Both the position numbers and the translations under genes were made by a program. Positions 37,899-49,738 of a DNA stretch of 64,000 bases are shown here, piece after piece. The stretch is from contig MCFE01000488.1 of assembly GCA_002104905.1 (NCBI GenBank), positions 3,641-67,640 on the forward strand, written 5' to 3'. The notes under the pieces were generated by a model. The model was not told where the DNA came from, searched no databases, and saw nothing but the letters and a program-made list of their open reading frames with translations. The stretch's first letter is position 1. Every line of letters begins with the position of its first letter. This DNA is from Basidiobolus meristosporus CBS 931.73 (Eukaryota; Fungi; Basidiobolomycota).

Positions 37899-40189
37899 TG
37901 TCAAGCAACTCCAGGTGGAGTGAAATAATAACGCAAGCTATTGATGTTATGAATGACAATTATACAGCTCCAAATTCAACGTAGACCTGATATTAATGAG
38001 ATCTGGCCATTAATTTGGTCAGCTCGGCTTAGCATTGATTTGATGATAACTTGGATTTGCCTCTGCCCAGGATATCGGATGGACCAAGTGTAACAGGCTA
38101 ATCTGGTTTCGATAGCAATACACAAAGATTACAATGGGTCGTGAAAGCTTATCAAGAGGCATTTTGGGGGCTTAGTCATCTTCCAAGCATAATGACGCGC
38201 GGATTCATGAAGATTCAGTTTCCAGTATTACCTCCACTTTCATTCTCCCATTTATCACGATCCTAATTCAGACCATAGAAATCGGATTGGAAATACCTCG
38301 GCTGGCAAGCTATGTTGATTTGCCTTACTAGCATTAATGAACTCCTCTCTCTTTCTAGGACAAGCGGTAAATGGTTAGACTCCATGGGCTCCATCAATAT
38401 CAACATAGAGCCAGTTGGACAAACCCGATAGTACATGCAAATCTTGGTTTCAAACTAATTAATATAAGATTGGCGGCAGTGTGGTACTTAGAGTCTCAAT
38501 ACGTACCCAAGTTTCAGGAATAGGCTCAAGAAATGGTTGGAGGTGATAAAATTAAAAGCATGTGCCTCGCCAAGTACGCCCTAGTAACTAATGTTAGTCT
38601 CAGGAATAGGATAGATATGCAAGCTATGCTTCTTGGTGCATTCCCTAGAACATCCTAATCTGGCGTCTTTGGCCGGTTCAGTGTAGTGTGATGATATTGT
38701 ACCTTAGATTCCGTAGGTTAAATGCAAGTCAGATTTGGGAATTAACCTGGTAATGCAGTTGATTCTGGCCTGCATACAGGGGGTCAGTATGACCGTTCAC
38801 TAGTTCAGTGATCCCTGCAGTAATAATCGATTCAACAAATATGAAAATTCATAAGTTGACGTGATGTCAACGATCTATTTCAACGATTGAATCGACCATA
38901 TTTAGAACAACGTGTCCTAATACCTGGAATCAACCTAGTGACCACCTTCCGGGATTAGACGATGGTGACTGATAGGCAGCCACATCCCAAGGTTTGTTGC
39001 ATACCATTCAACATGGACTCAGGACATACATATAAGGCTGATGGAGATACGCCTGGTTTCTTTTCTCGATGAAGGACTCTATCATGTATTATGCCATCAG
39101 TAGTGCTTTATTGTTAGGAGTTGCTCTGGATGACTGATGCCCGGTTTAATTGGGATACACCTCAACCGTGTTCCCTCCACATCTGTGACTCTTATTGGAT
39201 TGTGGAAATTCAGGGGAGGAATCTAAAGGTCCAATTCTACGCTTTACTTTGGATGCTTCCATTTTGCTTGCTGGCTTTCATGCATGGAAAATGCAATGCT
39301 GCTTGGATAGCTCTTCGACCTTTGCACTCTCTCGAAATTCACATACTGTGCATTTGTTTGTAGGCTTTCAATCGATGATTGTGAGTACTCACGCTCCGAT
39401 TTTGATCAATCTACGGTAAGAACCAACACCGATCTTACTTTCTTTCCGCCTGTAGCCCCGAAGCCTTTGGTTGCTCGACCGTCGTTTGGTTGGCGTATTC
39501 ACAGGCGGTAAGCGTTGAGCCATGGAGGTCAAGCCCTCTCCCCGGAAATGTTGACTAGCTTTCTTTGCTAGCCAGCCACAATCGATGATCATAACCTAGT
39601 GACAAATGTAGGTGTTTTTAGCTTATATAAGATGATGCAGGGAGGGCAGGTAAGTAAAAGCCCATACGCACCGTAACTAATGGGATGTATATCAGATTAT
39701 CCCTCTTAAAATACCATAACACGAATCTTACCAAACTTGTGATAGTATATTGGGCTGCCATCCTCGTGTATATATCTATTGAACATCATAAAGTAGAAAA
39801 TAGATGGCCAAAGTTGGGAAGTTGGCTCACCTCCTTGTGAACAGGCCCAAATAGTATAAATGGCTCAGTTGATATTATGGATTGTCAGGCTGTGTTCTGA
39901 TCATTCCGGATCACTGAGCATCTATCTCCCACCAGATGTGGAGTATGATTACATTAGCTTTCAATTCCCCGCACTCGTTTTCCATGATAATATGCTTCTA
40001 ATCATCATAAGCATCACTGGTAAAACTGTACATTTTTACATATATAAAGACTGAAGGAGCCTCAAACGTTGAACATCATTCCACCGCAGTAGTTAACTCC
40101 CCACTCTGGGTTGATTCTCACCGACGCGACTCTCATTTGCCAAACACGCCCAACACTTCACCTTTTGAAAAGCTCTTTTCCTACATAGA

Positions 40190-40783
40190 ATGTTTCTCAC
40201 TCCGATTGGTGCCATAGTTGCTGGGCAACATTTAGTAGAAGATGAACAGGCCTACAAACTTCCCCCACTTCGTCCATATAGATGTATCCTATGCCATAAA
40301 GCGTTTCTGCGCCATGATCACCTGAAAAGACACACACTGACACATGATGAGGGACTACCGAAGAATGATTCTACGAAAGATCCACGGGGAGCAAAGCACC
40401 GACGTACTCGTTCGGCAAGTTCCTTCAAAGGGCCAAGAACAAACCAGAACCCATCATCCCTTCTGGAAGGCGCTGTTAGCCGTTCTCACAACCTGCATCT
40501 ACAATCTGCCCCGTATATAAAACCCTTGGAGCCACAATTCCCCTCTCATAGATACAGTCTCAAGCAATATCTTTCCCAAAACAACGCAACCAGTGTTGGG
40601 CCGACAACGCGTCGTAATTTCAACGTCACTTATTCAGCCTTTTCAGCGCCTTCATCCCCTCCACTAGGAGGTGCCTCGCGCACCCCGCCTCCACAGAGCA
40701 ACCTGAAGTCCATCTTCGACTCCATTGATCCGCAGTACCGCACCCTTCCCCTTCCCCTACCATTCACTCCCTTATCACTATAG
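40190..40783 (+). CDS. C2H2 zinc-finger protein (one finger, 197 aa, intronless)
   Basis: RPYRCILCHKAFLRHDHLKRHTLTH followed by an S/P-rich tail. Confidence 0.8.
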   Translation: MFLTPIGAIVAGQHLVEDEQAYKLPPLRPYRCILCHKAFLRHDHLKRHTLTHDEGLPKNDSTKDPRGAKHRRTRSASSFKGPRTNQNPSSLLEGAVSRSHNLHLQSAPYIKPLEPQFPSHRYSLKQYLSQNNATSVGPTTRRNFNVTYSAFSAPSSPPLGGASRTPPPQSNLKSIFDSIDPQYRTLPLPLPFTPLSL

Positions 40784-41413
40784 TCAGTATTGTACATATT
40801 AGTCCAGCTATCCAACGTAGTCTCGAGTGAACACATACACATAAATATATCGCTCTGTTCGCAAGTTATATCTGAGCAGTATGAGCTGGTCTTCAATAGG
40901 CTTCTGGTCGAAACAGCCACATTTAAAGAGAAGACTATGTGCCAGCTTTGTGGGTTATAGATGGATTCCGGCCTGATGTCCATTTAGGTACTGATTGCTG
41001 AGGGCCAGTCAGATCAGGTCCAAAATTCCCTTCAGTCTGGAGATCCTCTGCATCTATATTGCATATGGTTGTCGATTACCTTGTCCAAACCCACATGCAA
41101 TACTCTTATGATCCCTAATTTCCATGAGAATGGTATCTCTGAAATGACTCGGGGGACATCAAGCACCTGAAAATCTTATGTATTGTTGCGTCTAGCAGAA
41201 ATCATTCAACCCATGCCTCGGAAAAACAATTAACTGAACTGAAGAGCGACTCGCTTAATTAAGGCCAGGTTCATGCAGAGCCCCGTCATAGCATTCCTGT
41301 TGAACTTTTCTTTATTGAGAGCATTCCGTACCAGCTTAGGTGCCGTACTTGTTGCTTCACTATATTCACAGATAGGTATATTACCAAGGCATCGAGATGC
41401 TGGCGTGCCGTCC

Positions 41414-44400
41414 TCAAGTTGAGAACATGTTCAGGTTGTTCATAAGTCTTCCCATGAAGCTTTGCACTAAGCTTGGAATCGACGTCACCTTTGGATACTG
41501 CACCTTTGGCTCGGTGATTCTCTTGTTGGATTTTTCCAAATTGAGGTACCCGGGTGCATCGCTGGTGGAACCGCTTTCCTCTTCGTCCACGTCAGAGTCG
41601 GTTTCGGTGCTCTGCATCTCTAGCATATCGTCTATCGACACTTGAATTCCGGTTGAAGCAAGCAAATCTTGGAACTGGTGTGGGCTCTGAACATATCCGG
41701 AGTATTCGGATGTGTGCGGTGAGCTTGCAGACACTCGAAGCTTACCAAGAATAGAATCGGGCAAAGTCTCCAACCCTGCCTCCTTCATATATTTGCTCAA
41801 GATATCGGAGGGGATCGTTAGCTGATTGGTGTCCGGTCTTTCGATTTCCAACGTGCTAGCCCCCATGTTGGCCATCATACGTTTGCGAAGACGCTTGTAC
41901 CGGCGGAGTTTGGTTTCGAACGTGTATATTTTTAGCGCCTGCAAGTCGTCGGAGAATTGAGCTTTTTTATCTTCACTAATACACTCACTAATAACATCAC
42001 CAAGATCCACGGGCTCCTTGTTAAGGCCGATGCGCAGAGCAGTGAAGAGGCGCTCAAACCAAGCGATGAGTTGCTGGAATAGGCCATCGGTCCGCTGGCG
42101 ATACAATGAGTGCACAAATCGATAAAAGGTTCCTTCGTATGCTTGAACCAACTCGGTGAACTGTCGTAACGTTTGCGTTGGGTTCGAATCTAAAGGAAGG
42201 CTTAGTTACTGGGGAGCTCCATGTTACCTAGGCTGCTCAGACACTTACCTGCTTTCTGCTCATTGCTCTCCACCACCTTTATCAATTGATCGACGAAGCT
42301 GCTAATTTCCATTACAAAGTCGCTAATGTTGGCATCCTTGTAAACCTGAGCGAGGGGCTGGTAAAACATTGTCAAAATTTCCTTAAGAATGTCCCCGGTA
42401 ACTCCCTCAAACAAGAGCTCAATGGTTAGCTCAGTGTTGCGAACTTGTGTGTAGAGAATCAACAAGCGGTACAGGCGACGAAGCTGCAAATCGGAAGAGT
42501 TGAAGTTGGCTTCAATTCTCTCGGACTCAGCACCCTCGGCGGAGGTAAGACTTTCTATGTTCCAATCTGTATCTAAGAGTTCCTGGGCAGTACCAGTCTT
42601 TTCTAGGTTTTCCTTGGCACTTTCTAGTAAGGCAACGGTATGATCATCAATACGCGGCTCTATGGTGGTATCTCTAATTACAGCAACCAGGCGCTCAAGA
42701 TCAGAAGTGTCTAGACAGGTAAGGGATATTAGCATTTAAGCATGTGTGAGGCAGGGTGGCTAGAACATACCATTGTTGTTGTCGTAAGGGCGCTCTTCGG
42801 TGGAATTAACATAGTTGAAGAGTTTGTCGCAAAGAGTGTCATCGTTAATGGCAGCTCTTAATACCTCAATGTCATCCTTTTTTTGCTTCACCGAGTCACT
42901 GAGATTAGCGCTTGCCACTCTGTTGTCAATAATGCATTAACATTGGTTTGCATCAGATGAGAGAGCAGTTTGCATTACCTTTGTACAATACTGGCGTGCC
43001 CGAATGGCTGTGTCAAGAATAGGTCAAGAATGCCTTTCATCATGGCGGTAGGGTTTGAGATCTTCAAGATTCCTTTCAACGTACGGTAAGGAATCAACCC
43101 GTGCGTTTGTTGAAGTTGATGGAAATTGATGGATGCACTTTCGTCAGCGCAAAACACACGGTAGAGTGTTGCAGCAAGGCTTAAATCAGGGTGTCAGTAT
43201 TAGAAGATTTGCTGCAAGTTGATAACTTCTAGTTCTATTCCTTACTTGATCCTGGCCAGCTCAATCATCTTCTGGTAATTGACGGGGAGCTGAGAAATAT
43301 CCGGAACATCATGTAGGATCTGGGAGATTTGAGTGAAACCCCCTAATAACCAGGTCGGGTCAGATTGATTCTGTAGTTAGCGAGAGCAGCAGGTACATAC
43401 CAGGCTCTAAGAGCTCTCTAGTGAATTGCTCTATCGACTCACGAAGCTCGATTGACTTGTCCTCGGCCACTTTCAAAATCTTCTGGTACTCCTCTGCACG
43501 TTGGGCAGTGAACCGTTCACGCTGCTCCTTATCAGCCACGTCAATAGATAAGAGCTGGATTGGGGTGTCATTTAGGAAGCTTTTGGTCAAGCGGCTACGA
43601 GCAACCAATGGACTTGAGATCAGTACACGTAGATGCTTCTGAAGAGCAATACGATCTTTTTCGTAATAAAGCTGGCCCTCATGGGGATCCTTAAATTTGG
43701 GAGGTGGCGTTGGTATATCCAGAGTAGGAAATAGCCGATGAATCTAAATACGTAGTGTGAATGTAGTGCAATATTGGATCACCCCATTCTATACTAACTT
43801 TGGTGATGAATTTTTGAATCTGTACGTCAGTTCGCCCAACAAAACGATCTACGCCCGGTTCCGCTTGTGTCTGAAGGATGAATAGCTAGGAGTTTACGTC
43901 GAGTTAGTATTGTGGTTGGCAAGGAGATGGAGTGGCGAAATGATCATCATACGGGCTTCTCTTTCTCTCTTATCAACCCTTTCTCGGACACACGTCTCAC
44001 TGCAACAATGGAGACCGGGTGGTTTGCTTGCTCGTTCTTCCCCTCGAGATTTGCCTCTACGTGCGATGTCTCGGCTTCGGGAAGCTTCGGGTCTCGATCA
44101 TTGAGCTTGTTTTCCTTCACTGTTGCGATTCCGGTGTTGAAGAGCAACACAAGACCATGCTCGACTTTGTTTGCAAGGCGCTCACGCTTACTTGCCTCAT
44201 TCTTACCGACAGCATAAGTGCCAAATCTCAGCTTGCCGTATGCATCAAGGAACTGCTGGATCTTATGCCACAATCCAGGGTCGGCATATCTAAGGAATGG
44301 AAACTCCAATACAAAATTGTTGAAGGCATAACGGAGAAGAGGAGTTTCTGAGGACACTGGTATCGACTCCGCTATCGACAGTTGTGAAGTGGTTTCCTCA

Positions 44401-44685
44401 ATAGTGGAGTCCTTGTTAGAGGAACGGAAATAAGAGGTGATATTCGAGAGGCGGGACTGGCGGGCCTTTGGAGCTTGTAGAATCGTTGCATCATGGAACA
44501 AGTCCTGTAAAGATAGCGAATCTCGAAGGAGTCGAAATTCAGTGGAGATCTCCCTAGCGAGTAAATCTCGCTTTAAGATTTCATCCTCGGTCTTGGTTAT
44601 CTGGATTGCAGCTAAAGAACAAACCGAGTCAGCCAAAAGTGGACTACTACTGTTAAGAGACGAGACAATAATTACCAGAGGTCAT
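41414..44685 (-). CDS. Fungal PX-domain protein with PX-associated domains (Ypr097w/Lec1-like); multi-exon
   Basis: 10-nt first exon MTS-A; FVLEFPFL; VAVRRVSEKGLIRE; PX core (IPTPPPK..EKDRIALQKHL); MMKGILDLFLTQPFG; long C-terminal helical ORFs 42202-42735 and 41414-42151. Confidence 0.82.
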
Positions 44686-45867
44686 CTTGGAAGAGTTACG
44701 TGGTTACCGGCAGCGTACCAGAGTTTATAGAAAATCAAAAACGTGCGATATCTAGATAAGACTGTTAAAGCCCATGGCCAAACAAATTCATCCAAATTCG
44801 TATGTAATACGACGGATATACTTGCATATGTATAGATGATGGAATGACATATATTTGTCCATAATCACTGGTTATTATGACCAAACTGTAAGTAAGCATT
44901 AGGTGCGGACTATCCGATCAACGGTTGTACGTGGAATTGATTCAGAGCTGACAATGATATGTATCTATGCCATTGTAAACAGCAACATCAAGCTTGGATT
45001 TCGGATGACGTCATGTACGATATGAGTTAAGAGGAATGATCTATTTATAGATGATACATCATTGCTGTTCCACCAAGCCACCAGCATTTCTGGGTTAGAC
45101 AATAGTTCAGCAGGTGACGTTTACTGGACACTGTCCTCTTCAGGCCCTGATCCCAGATACAATTATTTCCCAGTTCAGACAAGAATAGAATTAGAGCCAT
45201 ATGTTCCCGACAGTCGCGCAAATATTTCGCATCGGCGCTCACACAGCTAGCTGAGTTCCAAAGTGCCACTCCCATTACTGAACGTACCTACCGAATGAAC
45301 AATAAACAGGGAATACAGCTAATACCGAAAGCACAGCAAGAGACGATTGTTCCGACCCGTCACCGATCAGACTGCCAACTGAGCTCTTACAACAAGTAAT
45401 TCACTGCACATCGAGTATGAAATATCATGTGATTTCACCGAAGGAGTACAATGTCTGAATACAAGGTGTGCTCGGCTCTTGCTCATCAAAAAACTGCAGC
45501 TGCCAAGAGATTTTGGACCGATGTAACAATGCATGTCCAGACGGCCAGGCGTCCACCCCACTCATGAAATACTAGATGTTATTTCAGCCTTTACAAACTA
45601 CATTGGAATCAGTCCAGCTCATTGTTTTGTTACATGTTCATTTGATTCAAATCTCTATGATCCTGACCAATCTGGATTGAACCATTGTGCCATCATGAGT
45701 TGCATTGTATTTAGCTAATTTGGCACTGTTAATTCGATGGATCTGAGGTTAATCTGAAATCTGTCGTAAGCTCTACGTTTTATGGCCTATAGTTATAGTG
45801 GTCTTGTGATAAAAGCCCCATTTCTAAGTTAGTGCCCTTGACAAAACATTCCACATACATCCCAAAT

Positions 45868-46515
45868 ATGCGACTGTCCTCTGTTTGCGCCGCATTAATA
45901 GCCATAGCTATTACCTGCAGTGAGGGAAGTGATATAGTCCCGCATCCTTCCAAAAGTACCTTTACTCTGGCTCGAGAGGCCCTGGATGGCCGACGTAGCC
46001 GCTTTATGCCTCATCTTGGCACTGCCCCTTTCACAAATTGGCTCGGGATGACTTTAGATTTTTCGCTTGTTGAACCTTTACTTCAGGAGGTTAATGCAAC
46101 AATTGATAAGCCTCTACAGAGCCGCAACGAGGCACACATTACGGTCATCACTCCTCCAGAATATGACAATATCTTGTCGAAGGTAGGCATTACCATGGAG
46201 GACATCAATGAAATAGCTTTAGAAAATGGCATTCAGGAATCGAAAGTGCAGACGCTCTGTCTTGGCCGCACAGCGGCGAAGCTGGAGGGTCTGGATCAAG
46301 AAGCCTACCAAATAATTGTGAAGAGTAGAAACCTCTTGAAAATTAGACAAGACGTCTTCGAGCTGTTTGTCTGCAATGGGGGAGAGCCTAGCCACTTCGC
46401 GCCCAGCAATTATTACCCCCATATAACGGTCGGTTATCTACATCGAGACCTATTTGAGCAGGACGGTGTTTTCAAGGGGACAAATGCCTGCTGGGCTAAC
46501 CTCAGGCTTGTTTGA
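45868..46515 (+). CDS. Secreted 2H phosphoesterase (215 aa, intronless)
   Basis: Signal peptide MRLSSVCAALIAIAITCSEG and two intact HxT motifs: EAHITVI (His codon 46135) and YPHITVG (His codon 46420). Confidence 0.85.
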   Translation: MRLSSVCAALIAIAITCSEGSDIVPHPSKSTFTLAREALDGRRSRFMPHLGTAPFTNWLGMTLDFSLVEPLLQEVNATIDKPLQSRNEAHITVITPPEYDNILSKVGITMEDINEIALENGIQESKVQTLCLGRTAAKLEGLDQEAYQIIVKSRNLLKIRQDVFELFVCNGGEPSHFAPSNYYPHITVGYLHRDLFEQDGVFKGTNACWANLRLV

Positions 46516-47677
46516 TTTCTGGTTTAATTTGTATGCACACCCATTAAGCAACGAAACTCATAAGGGCCATATCCTGTTGTTTGATTTGTTGTTTGGCATT
46601 TAGGCCCTATATTTATATTGAGTAAATTTCATATATGATCTGCCCATAAGCACCAAGAGGTTGCAGGTGATTGCGGCATATGGATGATACCATGTTGATT
46701 TCAAATGCGAGAATTATGGGCTTGATGACTGCGGGCGGAATGATTTGCTGGGCGGGGCACTCTTGGATAGCCTGTGGCATCGGTAAGCCAGGTAAAACCA
46801 GTACATCAAGCCTTGGACCATGTGAAGAGTAACCATCATGGCAGGTTTCCATGGAGCTAGCTAGTAAGCAGCGTCGGAATGATTCCAGGAGAGTTTCATC
46901 GGATTGTATCAATCTCTTGGGGAGACGTTTTTCTCCTCATTGAAGTGGCCGAAATCCTTGGCATTGTCATTTAGTTTTCAATTAAGAGACATAATCGCGA
47001 GATGTATCATCCCCTACTGGTGATATACTATATTGTCTTGCTGGACAATCCACTTGTCAGAATCCAGGGCCAATGAGATGAAGGTGTCAAGTGCACTTCC
47101 AATGGAACGGACAGGAGTTGCGGCGTATCGGTTTAGGCTGAGGGATGTGATTGTTGTAAATGAGAAACTAATGGTAAAGGATGGTGGTGTCGCGACAGCC
47201 CAATCAATGGTGCATTGATCGAGGAGAGCCCTATGATCGCTTTTGTGCATCTAATTTTTTCCAATGTAGGATTGCATGAACACGGAGATTCATGAAATTG
47301 ATCATATACGGGGTTGCTCTATCCAATCACGTTACTCAACCATTCGGAGGAGATCCAGAAGCGTAGATCCAACCTTTGCTGGAATATAAGCATTCCATAT
47401 ATTTATTTGCTTCGCCGGCTGTCCGTTGTTGTTTACCTTCTAGCGTTCAAGCCAGTCTCGACTCTACACAAGTGCCTAGTTCCATCAAATAACTCGATAG
47501 ACCATTACTTGTGGCTTGTTTATGATAATCCGAAGACAGACCAAAAAACCTTCGTAAACCTTCACGCCATTTCGTCACGTACGTTGCAGTTGCGGCACTT
47601 CGCAGCCTTCCCTCGAATATCAGCACACCGTCCTTTTGGCACCCAAACCGCTTTAGGTAAAAGCCACGAACAAGGCC

Positions 47678-48985
47678 ATGATTCTCGAGTCACCAACCAA
47701 CCAGCTTATCATACTGTCCTTGGTGTGCTGCTTTGTGGTTGGGACCTACAATATCTATTACAGTTTGGGGGGCTTGGGCGGGGACAACTCCTCCGTTCCG
47801 ATATGGAATAATGTGGCGCTCTATGCCTCATTTTCCCTGTGTTCTTTGGTCTCTGGAACGGTGCATAACCTCTTGGGCCCTCGAATCAGCATCATGCTTG
47901 GCAGCATACCCTACATTCTGTATGTGTGCTTTCTTTGGATCTATAGAGAAACCCAGGTAGCCTTTCTCACAGTTATAGGCGCAGTGATTCTCGGGGCAGG
48001 TGCATCGCTATTGTGGACAGCGGCCGGCACCGTCATTATGGCCTATCCAATGGAGAACCAGAAGGGACGGTTTTTTGGGATTTTTTGGATCTTGTTCAAT
48101 CTGGGCTCTCTCATTAGTGGATTTTTACCCTTCTTTTCACCGGAATTAAAGTACATCACCATATGGTTCTTGTGTCTAATGGCTTTTGGTCTATGTCTCT
48201 CATACTTTCTGGTTTCTCCCGCAAGGGTGATACGTGAAAATGGGTCTCGGGTGACCAGTAAAACTGGGTTCAATATCAGCCACGAGCTTCACCAGATCCC
48301 GAGAACCTTGCTCAAAAAGAACATCCTATTCCTGGTACCAATCTTCTTCTACACCAACTTCTACTACAGCTACCGACTGGGCCACTTCACCCACGAGCTA
48401 TTCACCGACCGCACCGTGACATTCAATACCATCTGCTATTGGGCCTCCCAGATGCTGGGTGCCTTCACCTTTGGCCAGTACCTGGACAATCCCCTGTGTG
48501 TTCGCTCGAAAAAAGCCCAGCTTGGGCTGGTGTTCATTGGGTTCTTCTTTACGATTACCTGGGTTGGCTGTCTTCTCATGGAGCTGAAATACAGCGCTGT
48601 AGTCAGCCTGCGGGTAGATATCCTGGATGACTCCTACAGCGCGTCCTTGGTGTTAATCCTCTTGAGCGGGTTCTCCGACGCTACCATTCAAAGTTGGTGC
48701 TACTGGATGATGGGAACTACCACCAACAACGTGATGATCCTGTCGCGACATGCTGGCTTCTACAAAGCAATTCAAAGCGCAGGGACTGCGGTCGCTTGGT
48801 ACGCAAGTTTGCTGGGGATCTCGTCCATCACTTGGGTAGTGGTGGTGTGGGTGTTGCTGTATGTCGCTCTGGGATTTGCCTACTTCGCCACCAGGGGCGT
48901 GACGAACACGAATTGCCACCTCGGGATGACTAGACATTTCAATGACTCCCCAGAAAACACCCTCTATAACTCGCAGCTTACTTGA
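47678..48985 (+). CDS. UNC-93-like MFS membrane protein (435 aa, intronless)
   Basis: About 11-12 hydrophobic segments; motifs GAGASLLWTA.G..IMAYP...KGRF.GIFW..FNLG, FYTNFYYSY and GFYKAIQSAG. Confidence 0.88.
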   Translation: MILESPTNQLIILSLVCCFVVGTYNIYYSLGGLGGDNSSVPIWNNVALYASFSLCSLVSGTVHNLLGPRISIMLGSIPYILYVCFLWIYRETQVAFLTVIGAVILGAGASLLWTAAGTVIMAYPMENQKGRFFGIFWILFNLGSLISGFLPFFSPELKYITIWFLCLMAFGLCLSYFLVSPARVIRENGSRVTSKTGFNISHELHQIPRTLLKKNILFLVPIFFYTNFYYSYRLGHFTHELFTDRTVTFNTICYWASQMLGAFTFGQYLDNPLCVRSKKAQLGLVFIGFFFTITWVGCLLMELKYSAVVSLRVDILDDSYSASLVLILLSGFSDATIQSWCYWMMGTTTNNVMILSRHAGFYKAIQSAGTAVAWYASLLGISSITWVVVVWVLLYVALGFAYFATRGVTNTNCHLGMTRHFNDSPENTLYNSQLT

Positions 48986-49738
48986 GATGCGGAGGCTCGA
49001 AGGTGATTGGCACTCGGCACATCACTAGTCCTGGAGTAAGAATATACGTGAATCTGGAGTGAGCTTGCTATTTGCTAAAGCCATTGTACATACATCGGAA
49101 TATATTGACATCTCCATCAGAAATGCCAACTCAGCGAGCAGGCTGATACCATGGGTAGCAAATCGAACTAATCTCTAATGAATCACTTCCTCATAACGTG
49201 GATTCAATAAACACTGGTTACGATGATCACTTGAATTATGCGGCAACCTCCCAACTCTTATCCTTACAGTGGCATTCATTGCTCTGGATGCCTATGGAAC
49301 AAACAATCTGGCCAAATCCTAGCCATCCCCGAGCACACCGGATATGGTAAGTCAACAATTTTTTCCACAAACACAGTTTGGGATTTTTTTCAACAGCAAA
49401 GCGGTTTATGACTGGACGGCCTCAAAACAAAACATCCCGCTGAAACGTGACCAATGGTTTGATTGTGCCAGTGTTATCATGGATTTAATCAATCACGTTT
49501 TGTTATCTGTTGCGGTTAACATAAACCTTTTTTTGCTCCTGGCTGCTGAGATACTTCTATCTAAAGTGTGTTCATACGTGCGTCAATATATTTCGATTGT
49601 AGTTTGGGAATTGGCGAAGCCTATTTGAAATGCTTGGAATCAGTGCTCACGAGAGTTTAATTAAGCCCACGGTCAAAGTAAGTTTTCGTTCTCCCGCTCC
49701 CACCAAACTTGTTCCTGACCCGATAGTAGAGTGAGGTC

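Noticed and set aside
39340-39530. Putative 46-aa basic peptide MAQRLPP...IKIGA|M using a donor in the palindrome GTGAGTACTCAC
   Set aside because: Good start context, but the 47-nt intron lacks a branch site and there is no homology; RNA-seq is needed.
45045-45718. Short ORFs between the PX gene and the 2H phosphoesterase
   Set aside because: Fragmentary, with no consistent splicing model.
46613-47250. Two minus-strand ORFs resembling pseudogene fragments
   Set aside because: They cannot be joined in frame and no family was recognised.
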